Assembly (NCBI GenBank): GCA_963667725.2
Contig: CAXXHO010000003.1
Location: 2,176,001-2,240,000, forward strand
Length of the DNA: 64,000 nucleotides
Source of the DNA: Treponemataceae bacterium
Lineage (GTDB): Bacteria; Spirochaetota; Spirochaetia; Treponematales; Rectinemataceae
Direction of reading: 5' to 3'
The notes beneath the pieces were generated by a model. The model was not told where the DNA came from. It searched no databases and worked only from the letters and a program-made list of their open reading frames with translations. Both the position numbers and the translations under genes were made by a program. Below are positions 39,167 through 48,793 of the stretch, piece by piece (position 1 is the stretch's first letter; every line of letters starts with the position of its first letter).

Positions 39167-40021
39167 TCATTTCACGGCGCCAGCCGTCATGCCGCGGATA
39201 AAATATTTCGCCATGAACAGATAGAGAATGAGGACAGGGACGACGGCTATGGACAGCCCGGTGAAGCAGAGGCTCCAGTCCGTGCTGTATTGGCCGAAAA
39301 AGCTCGTCAGCCCCACGGGAAGCGTCTTCCATTTGTTGTTCTGCAGGAAGACAAGGGGAAAGAAAAAGTCGTTCCAGATGGGGACGGCATTATAGATCGT
39401 GACGAGGGTGATGGCAGGGGCCACCACCGGCATGACGATCCTGCGATAGATGGCCCAGTCCGAGCAGCCGTCGATGCGCGCGGCGTATTCGAGATCGATC
39501 GGTATGGCCTTCATGAATCCGGAAAGTATGAAAACCGTCGAAGGCAGGCCCATTCCGATGAAGATGAGGATCACCGAGAGGGGCTTGTCCACGAGGTTCA
39601 TTTTTTTCATGAGGATGAAGAGCGGGATGATCGCGGCCTTGAGCGGCAGCATGATGCCCGAAAGGAAGAGCATGTAGACGAGGGTGGATAATTTATATTT
39701 ATAGCGGGACAGGCCGAAGGCGGCCATCGAGCCGAAGATCAGCACGAAGACCATCGAAACCGCCGTAATCCAGAGACTGTTGAAGAAGTAGCGCCCGAAT
39801 CCTTTCTTGACCCACACCGTCACGTAATTGGAAAAATCCCATGTACTCGGCAGGGCGAAGGGCGTGCGCAGGATTTCCCTCGTGGTTTTGAACGACGAGA
39901 GCACCATGTTCACGAGCGGGTAGAAGATAAGCAGGGCGTAAAAGGCGAGGACGACTTCTATCGCCGCGATGGCGATTTTCCTTACTGTTCCGGCGCCGCG
40001 GAAGCGGAAATCGGTGGTCAC
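39167..40021 (-). CDS. Carbohydrate ABC permease (MalG-like)
   Basis: EYAARIDGCS, WNDFFFP, GMTAGAVK. Confidence 0.9.
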   Translation of the reverse strand: MTTDFRFRGAGTVRKIAIAAIEVVLAFYALLIFYPLVNMVLSSFKTTREILRTPFALPSTWDFSNYVTVWVKKGFGRYFFNSLWITAVSMVFVLIFGSMAAFGLSRYKYKLSTLVYMLFLSGIMLPLKAAIIPLFILMKKMNLVDKPLSVILIFIGMGLPSTVFILSGFMKAIPIDLEYAARIDGCSDWAIYRRIVMPVVAPAITLVTIYNAVPIWNDFFFPLVFLQNNKWKTLPVGLTSFFGQYSTDWSLCFTGLSIAVVPVLILYLFMAKYFIRGMTAGAVK

Positions 40022-40971
40022 AGCTCCACCTCCTTTTTCGAGAGCGCCGATATGGAGAAGACCGACGCGAAAAAGGTGAGGCCGTAGATGATGACGCCAA
40101 TCGCCGATCCGATGCCGATTTCGGGACTGCCCGAATCCACCGATCCGAAGGCTGTCCTATAGAAAAGCGTTCCTATCGTATCCGTGGAAAAGTTGGGCGA
40201 GCCGTCGAGGCCTGCCATTGTGTAGATCTGCTCGAAGACGTTGAGGCTTCCGATGATGGTGAGCACCGTGATGACCGTGATGGACGGGATGATGAGGGGC
40301 AGCACGATCCTTCTGAAAACGGTGGATTCCTTGGCTCCGTCGAGGTATGCCGCTTCCAGGCAGTCGGTGGGCACGTTGTCGATGGCGGCTAGGAACACCA
40401 GGCTCGGGAAGCCTACCCAACGCCAGATGTTGACTAAAATGATCGTAAATGTGGCGAGAGTTTCGTCGCCCAGCCACGCCCGCATGAGATCGGGCCTGCC
40501 GGCGAGCTTCAGCACGCCGTTGAGCAGGCCGTTGGGCCGAAGATAGAGGCTCCACAGGAAGCCTACGGCTACGATGGAAAACAGGACCGGTATAAAAATC
40601 ACGCGCTTGAAAAACTCATGGCCCGGCACTTTCCGCGATAGCAGATAGCCGAAAAGGAGGCCCAGGCTGTTCTGAATCAGCATCGTGACGATAAACCATT
40701 TCGCGTTGTTGCCCAGCGCGTTGAAAAATCTCGTCTTATAGGGTTCGGTGAAGAACACCCTCCTGAAATTCTCGAATCCCACGAAGTCGCTCCGAAGAAG
40801 CTGCGTCCAGCTGAAAAGGCTGTTGAAGAGCGACATGAAAAGCGGCAGGAGGATGACGACAGCGACTATCGTCAGCCCCGGCGTCACGAAAAACGCTATC
40901 CATAAACCTTTGCGCGCGTCTTTTCTCGTCAAGTTCTTGCTCCTGGATACATGGCCGATCGCTTTCGCCAT
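40018..40971 (-). CDS. Carbohydrate ABC permease (MalF-like)
   Basis: WLGD, EAAYLDGA. Confidence 0.9.
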   Translation of the reverse strand: MAKAIGHVSRSKNLTRKDARKGLWIAFFVTPGLTIVAVVILLPLFMSLFNSLFSWTQLLRSDFVGFENFRRVFFTEPYKTRFFNALGNNAKWFIVTMLIQNSLGLLFGYLLSRKVPGHEFFKRVIFIPVLFSIVAVGFLWSLYLRPNGLLNGVLKLAGRPDLMRAWLGDETLATFTIILVNIWRWVGFPSLVFLAAIDNVPTDCLEAAYLDGAKESTVFRRIVLPLIIPSITVITVLTIIGSLNVFEQIYTMAGLDGSPNFSTDTIGTLFYRTAFGSVDSGSPEIGIGSAIGVIIYGLTFFASVFSISALSKKEVEL

Positions 40972-41009
40972 GGCAATGGCTGAAGGATGCCGGATTGGAA
41001 AATGAAGGC

Positions 41010-41046
41010 GCCGGAGGCTTCCCTTTATTAAAGGGAAGTCTCCGGC
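41010..41046 (-). terminator. Long stem-loop after binding-protein gene
   Basis: GCCGGAGGCTTCCCTTT-ATT-AAAGGGAAGTCTCCGGC. Confidence 0.6.
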
Positions 41047-41064
41047 CGGAAGTTGATCAGGCTG

Positions 41065-42309
41065 TTATTTCTTGAAGGGCGCGTAGTAGGTGGCGATGCC
41101 TTCCTGAACTTGCTTGGCGACTTCGGCGGCGTCGAACTTGCCGGCCATGAAGCCCTGGAGAGCGGCCTGGATCAGCACGGATCCCGTAGGCTGCTGATAC
41201 CTGAAACCGACGAGCATGAGGTAGGGCGTGTTGTATTTCTGGAGCGAAAGGACCTTGGAAATATAGGGCGAGGTCGAAGTGTCGACGCCGGGGACGGCCG
41301 AGACTTGCTTCAGTTCCTTGATGAAGGCGTTGCCGGTATCCTTGCTGGCGAGGAAACGGAGGAACTTCGCGGCCGCGTCTTTGTTCTTGCCCGCGGCGTT
41401 CATGCTGAAGTTGCCGTCGGCGTAGACGGAAACGTAGTGCGGATCGCCCTTTTTGGCGACGGGAGCCGCGAACACGTCATACTCGAGCTTGGGGTTCTGG
41501 GCCGAGAAATAGCCAGCTTCGAAGCTGCCGCCGATGAAGTGGCCGGCGACCTCGTTGATGAAGGAGGACTGCGCGTCGGTATAGGCGACGCCCATGTAGA
41601 GGTCGGGCATGAAGGGCGTGAGTTCCTTGAGCTTGGCGATGGCGCCCACGAAACGCGGATCCTGGAAGGTGGTCTTGCCCGCCACGACAGCGTCGAAGAA
41701 ATCATTGGCGCCGTAGAAGTTGGGGCAGATCGATCCCATCATGACTTCGAGCGTCCATCCGTCCTTGCCGCCGTTGGCGAGGGGCTGGATTCCCGCTTTC
41801 TTCATGGCCTGGAGGTTGCCGATGAACTGATCCCAGGTCTCGGGCACGGAGAGGCCGAGTTCCTTGTACAGCGCCTTGTTGTAGAATACGAAGAGGGTCT
41901 GGCTGGCGAAAGGAACGCCGTAGATCTTCCCGTCCTTGATCGACGTGGCGCCGCGGAGCGGGCCTTTGTCGAAATTCTTGACGTCGGGAACCCATTTCTC
42001 GACGGGTTCAAGGAAGCCCGACTGGGCGAAGGTCTCGAGGCCACCGTAGGCGCGGCTCTGGAACACGTCAGGGCCCGAGCCGCCCGAAAGCGCCGCGGAG
42101 AGTATGGTGTTATAGTCGGTGCTCTTGTGGGCCGACTGGACAATCTTGACGCCTGGATTCGCTTTTTCGAATATGGCAATCAGCTTGTCGTAGGTTTCGA
42201 CGTCTTCGGGACGCCAGGTCCAGAAATTGATCGTGGTTTTCTGCGCGAAAACCGAGCTCAGGGCGAGAAGCGCGAGAAGTACCGCCACCGCCGTCCGTTT
42301 GAACTGCAT
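41065..42309 (-). CDS. Carbohydrate ABC substrate-binding protein (family 1)
   Basis: Signal peptide MQFKRTAV after AGGAGG; GPDVF, DGKIYGVP, FYNK. Confidence 0.9.
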   Translation of the reverse strand: MQFKRTAVAVLLALLALSSVFAQKTTINFWTWRPEDVETYDKLIAIFEKANPGVKIVQSAHKSTDYNTILSAALSGGSGPDVFQSRAYGGLETFAQSGFLEPVEKWVPDVKNFDKGPLRGATSIKDGKIYGVPFASQTLFVFYNKALYKELGLSVPETWDQFIGNLQAMKKAGIQPLANGGKDGWTLEVMMGSICPNFYGANDFFDAVVAGKTTFQDPRFVGAIAKLKELTPFMPDLYMGVAYTDAQSSFINEVAGHFIGGSFEAGYFSAQNPKLEYDVFAAPVAKKGDPHYVSVYADGNFSMNAAGKNKDAAAKFLRFLASKDTGNAFIKELKQVSAVPGVDTSTSPYISKVLSLQKYNTPYLMLVGFRYQQPTGSVLIQAALQGFMAGKFDAAEVAKQVQEGIATYYAPFKK

Positions 42310-42394
42310 AACCGCCTCCTGAAAATTCAAGCTTGAAATTCTATTACACGATATCATGGCAAAACCTGGCTGTAAAGAAATAATCTTTCAGCTT

Positions 42395-42805
42395 TTACAT
42401 TGTCCTCGCCACGATGACATCGATGCCCGTGCCCAGGGCGTCGGCGACGGCCACCTGTCCGCGCCGCACGGGAAGTTCCATTTCAAGACCGTAGAGGAGC
42501 GTCAAAAGTTCGGGAATTCTCTCACGGGGAAAGGCCGCTTTCGTGCGAAGGGGGATGCGGCGCGGCCGGGAAAGATCCGCGGCGGCATCGATTGGCGCGG
42601 GGGCTTTCGCGATCGACGACGGCGCGACCTTGCAGGTGGCGGTCACGACGCGGCGGGGGGAGAGCATTTCCTCCCTCGCGTACTGCTCGCCGCGGGCGCA
42701 GCGGTTGCCGGTGACGGCTATGTCATTCTCCGAGAGTCGCTCGATGCTGAGGTGACAGCCCATCGGGCAGGTGATGCATATCATTTCGGTCATATAGTGC
42801 TCCAT
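42395..42805 (-). CDS. DUF1667 family small Cys-rich protein
   Basis: CITCPMGC, GNRCARG; third gene of GlpA-like triad. Confidence 0.82.
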   Translation of the reverse strand: MEHYMTEMICITCPMGCHLSIERLSENDIAVTGNRCARGEQYAREEMLSPRRVVTATCKVAPSSIAKAPAPIDAAADLSRPRRIPLRTKAAFPRERIPELLTLLYGLEMELPVRRGQVAVADALGTGIDVIVARTM

Positions 42806-42844
42806 TCCAAGCGCGGCCGCCGCTGCGCGGCGGCCGCGCGACTT

Positions 42845-44095
42845 TCAGACGATCGAAATTTCGACCTGGGCGTCCATGCCCGCCTGGGCGAATTCCTGGG
42901 GTCCAAGGCTCACCGTCAGCATCTCGGATGGCTGAACATGGGGTTTCTTGACGCTCTTGACGACCCGGCCGTCCACCTTCACTTCGAGGACGGCGCCGTT
43001 CTTGACGACCATGCTGCGCATGTACAGCTTGTTCTCCCGCTCGGGATCGACGCGCGCGGGGTTGACGTAGCGGACGTTCGGGCCGGTCTTGATCCGGAGT
43101 TCCTTCCTCGGGCGCTTGCCGGAAAGCCAGTCAGCCGTGAAGGAGCCGGCGCGGCGCGATTCCTCGGCCACGAAATCCACGAGGTCGTGCACGTGGAGGA
43201 CGTTGCCGCAGGCGAAGATACCGGGCACGCTGGTCATGAGGGTGGAATCGACCCAGGGGCCGTTCGTGGCGGGATTGAGCTCGACGCCGGCATTCTTCGA
43301 GAGCTCGTTTTCGGGCACGAGGCCGACCGACAGGAGGACGGTGTCGCAGGGGATTTTAAAACTTTTATCGAACATGAGGGCGCCGTTTTCGATGGGCGTC
43401 ACTTCCACGCCTTCGACCCTGTCCCGGCCATAGATTTCCGTGGTCAGGTGGGAAAGGTAGAGGGGAATGCCGAAATCGTTGAGACATTGGACGATGTTGC
43501 GCGTCAGCCCGCTGGGATAGGGCAGGATCTCGACGACGGCATGGACCTTGCAGCCTGCCCAGGTAAGCCTGCGCGCCATGATGAGGCCGATGTCGCCCGA
43601 TCCGATGACGACGACATCCTTGCCGGGAATGTAGCCCTCGATATTGACGAGACGTTGGGCGAGACCGGCGGTGAAGACGCCCGAGGGGCGCGAGCCGGGG
43701 ATCCTGATATTGCCGCGGTTGCGCTCCCTGCATCCCATGGCGAGGATGACTGCTCGCGCCTCTACGCGGACGACGCCCGAGGCTTTGGAGACGCAGTAAA
43801 CGATATGGCTGTCGCCCTCCTGCCGCAGATCGAGGACGGTGGCGCCGCAAAGCGCCGGGATGCCGAGAGCCGAGACTTTTTCCTGGACGCGTTGGGCGAA
43901 CTCGGGACCCGAGAGTTCCTCGTTGAACTCGATGAGGCCGAATCCGTTGTGGATGCACTGCATCAGTATGCCGCCCAACTCTTCTTCGCGCTCTATGATG
44001 ATGGCCGAATATCCCTTCGCCTTGAGCTCCGCCGCGGCGGACATGCCCGCCGCCCCGCCGCCGATGACGACGGTATCGTATCGCATCTGTTTCAT
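42845..44095 (-). CDS. FAD/NAD(P)-dependent pyridine nucleotide-disulfide oxidoreductase
   Basis: GGGAAG, LGGILMQCIHNGFG, GSGDIGLIMARR, GNVLHVHDLVD. Confidence 0.88.
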   Translation of the reverse strand: MKQMRYDTVVIGGGAAGMSAAAELKAKGYSAIIIEREEELGGILMQCIHNGFGLIEFNEELSGPEFAQRVQEKVSALGIPALCGATVLDLRQEGDSHIVYCVSKASGVVRVEARAVILAMGCRERNRGNIRIPGSRPSGVFTAGLAQRLVNIEGYIPGKDVVVIGSGDIGLIMARRLTWAGCKVHAVVEILPYPSGLTRNIVQCLNDFGIPLYLSHLTTEIYGRDRVEGVEVTPIENGALMFDKSFKIPCDTVLLSVGLVPENELSKNAGVELNPATNGPWVDSTLMTSVPGIFACGNVLHVHDLVDFVAEESRRAGSFTADWLSGKRPRKELRIKTGPNVRYVNPARVDPERENKLYMRSMVVKNGAVLEVKVDGRVVKSVKKPHVQPSEMLTVSLGPQEFAQAGMDAQVEISIV

Positions 44096-45522
44096 AATTC
44101 GCCCTTCAGGACGACGCTCGCGCCGCCACGCTTCGTCACTTCCCCGTAGCTCATGCCCGTCTCGCGCATGAGAATCTTGATGATCTTGTAGGTGCAGAAT
44201 CCGCCCTGGCAGCGGCCCATCTGGGCGCGCGTCACGTACTTTATGCCGTCAAGGGTCGTGTGCCCGGCGCGGATCGCCTGCACGATCTCCGCCTCGCTCA
44301 CCCGTTCGCAGCGGCAGACAATGTCGCCGTAGGCGGGGTCGTTCCTCACCTGCTCGTCCAGCTCGAAGGGCGAAAGATCGCGGGTCCTCGGCACCTTGCG
44401 CATGCAGGGCTCCCAGTCGGCCTTCTCGACGAGGCGCAAGCCCGTCTTTTTGAGTAGGTCCTTCACGTAGTCGCCTATCGCGGGGCTGGCCGTGAGTCCG
44501 GGTGACTGGATCGCCGCTACCTGAACGAAGTTGGGAACCTTGGCAGAAAGGTCGATGTAAAAATCGTCGCCGCATGCCGGCCGCAGCCCCGCGAAGCTCG
44601 TTATGACGTCGCTCTCCGATATCGTGGGAACCATGGTTCGCGCGCTGCGAAGTATTCCTTCGAGTTCCGCCCTCGTCGTGGCGAAGTCTTCCTTATCTTC
44701 GACGGTCGTGGCGGTGGGTCCTATGAGGACGGTGCCTTCCACCGTCGGAATGATGAGCATGCCCTTCGACACCGCCGTTGGAACCGGGAATATCACCCTG
44801 TTGGGTTTCGCCTTCGTCATCTTGTCGAGGAGGTAGTACTCGCCCTTGCGCGGCTTGATCGTGAACTCTTCGCCGCCGAAGGCTCTGGAAACGGCGTCGG
44901 CATAGAGGCCGGCCGAGTTGACCACATAGCGGGCGCGCACCTCCCTGCCGTCGGCGGCCTTCACCGCCCAAAGATCGCCCTCGCGTCGCGCCGATGCGAC
45001 GGCGAATTCGGTTAAAAGGGCTACGCCGTTCTTTCGCGCGTTCTCGACGAGGGAAAACACGAAGCGGTAGGGCTCGACGATGCCGCCCGAAGGCGCGTAG
45101 AGCCCGCCCACGGTATCGGGGCTCAGTTTTGGTTCGAGCTCGAGCATGCGCTCGCGCGAGCACATCTCGATGCCGATGACGCCGTTGTCGATGCCCTGCT
45201 GGTAGAGCTGCTCAATGGAACGCATCTCGTCCTCGTGGAGGGCGACGACCACGATGCCGCAGCGTTCGAAGGGAAAGTCCAGTTCGTTATGGAGGCGCTC
45301 GAACATGAGGGCGCCCTGGAGCTCAAGCCTGGCCTTCAGGTATTTTTTGTTGTCGTGAAACCCGCCATGGACGATGCCCGAGTTGGCCTTGCTCGTCCCG
45401 AGCGAAACGTCGATCTCCTTCTCGAGGAGGGCGACCTTCAGCTCGTACTGCGAGAGTTTGCGCGCGACATTGGCGCCGCAGACGCCAGCGCCGACGATGG
45501 CAACGTCGTAATACTCAGTCAT
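44092..45522 (-). CDS. GlpA/LhgO-like FAD oxidoreductase with BFD [2Fe-2S] domain (probable glycerol-3-phosphate dehydrogenase)
   Basis: GAGVCG, GTSKANSGIVHGG, FAGLRP, IQSPGLTASPA, CRCE...GRCQGGFC. Confidence 0.8.
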   Translation of the reverse strand: MTEYYDVAIVGAGVCGANVARKLSQYELKVALLEKEIDVSLGTSKANSGIVHGGFHDNKKYLKARLELQGALMFERLHNELDFPFERCGIVVVALHEDEMRSIEQLYQQGIDNGVIGIEMCSRERMLELEPKLSPDTVGGLYAPSGGIVEPYRFVFSLVENARKNGVALLTEFAVASARREGDLWAVKAADGREVRARYVVNSAGLYADAVSRAFGGEEFTIKPRKGEYYLLDKMTKAKPNRVIFPVPTAVSKGMLIIPTVEGTVLIGPTATTVEDKEDFATTRAELEGILRSARTMVPTISESDVITSFAGLRPACGDDFYIDLSAKVPNFVQVAAIQSPGLTASPAIGDYVKDLLKKTGLRLVEKADWEPCMRKVPRTRDLSPFELDEQVRNDPAYGDIVCRCERVSEAEIVQAIRAGHTTLDGIKYVTRAQMGRCQGGFCTYKIIKILMRETGMSYGEVTKRGGASVVLKGEL

Positions 45523-45645
45523 GAAATGTTCCTTTGCTTTGCCCGACAGGGGTGTAGCGTAATGTACAGAGTCAGGATAGATTATTCTCCCACCGAAACG
45601 CAATGACACGGGGAGCGCCCGCCGCCTCCGCAGGAGAAAAATCGT

Positions 45646-46101
45646 TCACTGCTTGGCGTGCAGCGTCTGCTCGTATTCCATGATGCGCTCGATCTTGGGC
45701 GTCGAGGGGCCGTCCTTGAAGAAGGACTCTAGGTATGTTTTCACGATCGATTTAGCCAATTCCAGGCCAATGACCCGCGCGCCCATCGTGATGACCTTGG
45801 CATTGTTGCTCTTGGCCGCGCGTTCCGCCGAGTAAGTGTCGTGGCACTGCGCGGCCCGTATGCCAGGCACTTTATTGGCCGCGATTGCCATGCCAATACC
45901 GGTGCCGCAGATCAGGATTCCGCGATCCGCCCGTCCTTCGACAACTTCCTCGGCCACGCTCACCGCGATATCGGCGTAGATCACGGGCACCTCGCTGTAA
46001 CAGCCGCAATCCTTTACATCATGCTTCAAGCTCGCGATATATTCGGCGAGTTTATTCTTCAGTTCGAATCCGGCTTCGTCGCTGCCGATGGCGATTTTCA
46101 T
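45646..46101 (-). CDS. rpiB: RpiB/LacAB family sugar-phosphate isomerase
   Basis: IGSDEAG, ICGTGIGMAIAANKVPGIRAA, MGARVIG. Confidence 0.88.
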   Translation of the reverse strand: MKIAIGSDEAGFELKNKLAEYIASLKHDVKDCGCYSEVPVIYADIAVSVAEEVVEGRADRGILICGTGIGMAIAANKVPGIRAAQCHDTYSAERAAKSNNAKVITMGARVIGLELAKSIVKTYLESFFKDGPSTPKIERIMEYEQTLHAKQ

Positions 46102-46140
46102 ACATTTCTCCTTGTTCGCGTAAACTGGGTTCGCGAATTT

Positions 46141-47052
46141 TCAACTGCCCGCGGCTGACGCCGCAGCTGTGGGGGCGGCGGTGGGCGCTATAGCTCCGAG
46201 CTCGGTCATGATCTCCAGGAAACGCGCCGGCTCGTCGGTGACGAACCAGGAAATGCCAAGATCGAGCAGCCGTGACAGATCCCTCGGCTCAAATATCTTG
46301 GGGTACACCTGGAAATCGATCCCCGCCGCGGCTGCCTCGGCGACTGCCTTGCGCAGGTAATCGGCATCCACCGCGTACTTCCAGCCCTTTCCAAGCGACA
46401 CAGGGTTCAGGTGCAGCTGAATCTGGTCGATGCCCGCGAAGCCCTCGCCCCGCGCGGCGTCGAATTTCTTCTTGATCTCGAAGGGAGTGCCGCCGCACCA
46501 GAGCAAGGTCTTTACTCCAGGCACGCGCGCCTTGATCTCGCGGCATTGGGCGATCGCGGGCGAGGATACGTAGACGCGCCCTTCCAGTCCGTAGGTTTGA
46601 ATAAGGACGGTAAGCCTCTCGAGCTCATTCGTCTTGAGGTCGAGGAAGATTGACCGCTCGGGGCGCCCCGCCATGCGGGCGAACACTTGCTCCAAGAGGG
46701 GCACGCGCTCAGCGGCATATTCGCTTGAAAACTTCGTACCGACGTCCACGTCCGCGATCGCCGCGTAGTCGAGCTTGTCTACGGAGGCCTTGAGGAGGGC
46801 GTTTGGCCCCGAGCCCGTACGCTCGAGGGTTCCGTCATGGAGGCATACGAAGACGCCGTCCCGCGTGGGTTGGATGTCCGCCTCGGGAATGCCGCCTAAG
46901 GACCAGGCGTATTCGAAAGCCACGATAGTGTTGTCGGGTCGATCGTTCAGTCCGCCACCGCGGTGGGCCATCCATCGGATATCGGCGGCGCCGGCGAGCC
47001 CGGCGCCCAGAAGAAGCAGCGCGGCGGCCGCAGCCAGGCGCTGGCGGCTCAT
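46141..47052 (-). CDS. Glycerophosphodiester phosphodiesterase (GDPD) family, exported
   Basis: Signal peptide; AHRGG, PDNT, EADI, CLHD, TDEP. Confidence 0.85.
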   Translation of the reverse strand: MSRQRLAAAAALLLLGAGLAGAADIRWMAHRGGGLNDRPDNTIVAFEYAWSLGGIPEADIQPTRDGVFVCLHDGTLERTGSGPNALLKASVDKLDYAAIADVDVGTKFSSEYAAERVPLLEQVFARMAGRPERSIFLDLKTNELERLTVLIQTYGLEGRVYVSSPAIAQCREIKARVPGVKTLLWCGGTPFEIKKKFDAARGEGFAGIDQIQLHLNPVSLGKGWKYAVDADYLRKAVAEAAAAGIDFQVYPKIFEPRDLSRLLDLGISWFVTDEPARFLEIMTELGAIAPTAAPTAAASAAGS

Positions 47053-47906
47053 CGCCGGGCTCCAGCCGCCAGCCAGGCCTTAACCGCCGCCGAGAACCGC
47101 GCGGGCTCGTCGGTGGCGAACCAGCGGACGCCCAGGTCCAGAAGCGCCCGGATGTCAGAGTCGGCGAACTTCCACGGAAAAACCTCGAGATCCACGCCGG
47201 CATCGCGGCAACGGGCGAGGGCTCCGGCGAGAATGCGCGGCTCGACAGTGTAGCGCCACTCAAAAGAGTGCGGCGAGACCAGATCGGCTTTCTCGTTGAG
47301 GTGGAACTGAATCTGGGCGAGCCCCTGAAAGCCCGCGGCGGCCGAATCCTCGTATTTCGCCACGATATCGGCCCCCGATCCGCCCAGCCATTGCATGGTA
47401 TCGACAGACGGAAGTATTTTCCGCATCTCGGCGAGATTGGCGCGCTTGGGGCCGGCGACCCATATTCGCCCGTCGAGCCCATAGTCGGCGATCATCTTCG
47501 CCAGCTGCCCCAGGTCGATGTTCTTGCAGTCGAGATAGGCACGCTTGCGCGGGTCGGCCGCCATCGCGGCGAAAACCTCGGTCAGCAAGGGCACCCTGGC
47601 TCCCATGTACTTGGGATCGAACTTTGTCCCGGCGTCGAGGTCGGCGAACTGTTCGTAGCGCAGCTCGGTGACCGGGATATCGGCGATATCGTCAGGAGCG
47701 TTCGTCGTCCTGCGCAGCGTCGGATCGTGGAGACAAACGATCTTCCCGTCCGCCGTCAGGCGTATATCCAGCTCCGCCGCTCCCCCCAAATCCCAACCAT
47801 AACGGGCCGAAACCATGGTGTTGTCGGGACGCTCGACCCCGCCGCCGCCCCTGTGGGCTTGCCAGAACACAATGCCGCCGATACCCGCCATTCCTTCCGA
47901 TGTCAT
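47049..47906 (-). CDS. GDPD family, no signal peptide
   Basis: Real part of ORF 47049..48347; AHRGG, PDNT, ELDI, CLHD, TDEP. Confidence 0.85.
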   Translation of the reverse strand: MTSEGMAGIGGIVFWQAHRGGGGVERPDNTMVSARYGWDLGGAAELDIRLTADGKIVCLHDPTLRRTTNAPDDIADIPVTELRYEQFADLDAGTKFDPKYMGARVPLLTEVFAAMAADPRKRAYLDCKNIDLGQLAKMIADYGLDGRIWVAGPKRANLAEMRKILPSVDTMQWLGGSGADIVAKYEDSAAAGFQGLAQIQFHLNEKADLVSPHSFEWRYTVEPRILAGALARCRDAGVDLEVFPWKFADSDIRALLDLGVRWFATDEPARFSAAVKAWLAAGARR

Positions 47907-47935
47907 ACTATGCTTCCTTTCGCTGTCGCCCGGCT

Positions 47936-48793
47936 TTAGCCTTTGATTCCCGAAGAGGCGACGCCATCGATAAAGTATTTCTGCACGAACATAAAGAGTA
48001 CCAGGATGGGGAAGGTCACGAAGCAGCACGCCGCCATCAACTGATTCCAGGTGGTTCCCCCGTCGTCGGCGAAGACCTTGAGCGCGATCTGCACCATCCT
48101 CAGCTTGTCGTTGTTGATGACGATAAGAGGCCAGAGGGTGCTGTTCCACTCGTCGATGAAGGACAGAAGGCCGACCGTGAGCGCCGTGGACTTGGCCAGC
48201 GGCAGGCCGATGGCGATGAGATATCGCATATCGCCACAGCCGTCGACCACCGCCGCGTCGTGGAGTTCGCTTGGCAGGGTAAGGAAAAACTGCCTGAACA
48301 TAAAGATCGAGAAGGCCCCTGTCATGCCCGGCACGATGAGCGCCCAATACGTGTTGACCCAGCCGAGCTGCTTGACGACCAGGTACTTCGCCACCAGGGT
48401 CGTCTCCTCGGGGATCATCATCATCCCGAGCACAAGGATCATGATCAGCTTGGAGCCCTTGAACTTGAAGGTAAGGGCGTAGCCCGCGAACGCCGAGAAG
48501 ACGATCTTGCAGAGCGGCACGACCGTGGCGATAAAGAATGTGTTCGCGAGGTACCTCGGCCAGTTCGCCGCTTTCCAGGCTTCGACAAAGGTCGAAATGA
48601 CCGGCTTGAGAGGGAAGACCGTCGGAGGATACTTGTAGACCTCCGTGACTTCCTTGAGCGCTGTCATGACCATCCAGATAATAGGATAGTTATAGATGAC
48701 GACCAGCGCGAGCAGCGCCGCGAAACCTACCAACTTCCATCCGCTCAGGCGCTTGCGCCGCGCGGCGCCGTTCGACGCGATTGCTGCGTTCAT
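47936..48793 (-). CDS. UgpE-like ABC permease
   Basis: FRQFF, DAAVVDGC, WNSTLWP, GIKG. Confidence 0.88.
   Translation of the reverse strand: MNAAIASNGAARRKRLSGWKLVGFAALLALVVIYNYPIIWMVMTALKEVTEVYKYPPTVFPLKPVISTFVEAWKAANWPRYLANTFFIATVVPLCKIVFSAFAGYALTFKFKGSKLIMILVLGMMMIPEETTLVAKYLVVKQLGWVNTYWALIVPGMTGAFSIFMFRQFFLTLPSELHDAAVVDGCGDMRYLIAIGLPLAKSTALTVGLLSFIDEWNSTLWPLIVINNDKLRMVQIALKVFADDGGTTWNQLMAACCFVTFPILVLFMFVQKYFIDGVASSGIKG

Noticed and set aside
42356..44149. 597-aa plus-strand ORF and many similar antisense ORFs (e.g. 41053..42336, 37891..38880, 3639..4769)
   Set aside because: Shadows of well-supported opposite-strand genes in GC-rich DNA; no motifs
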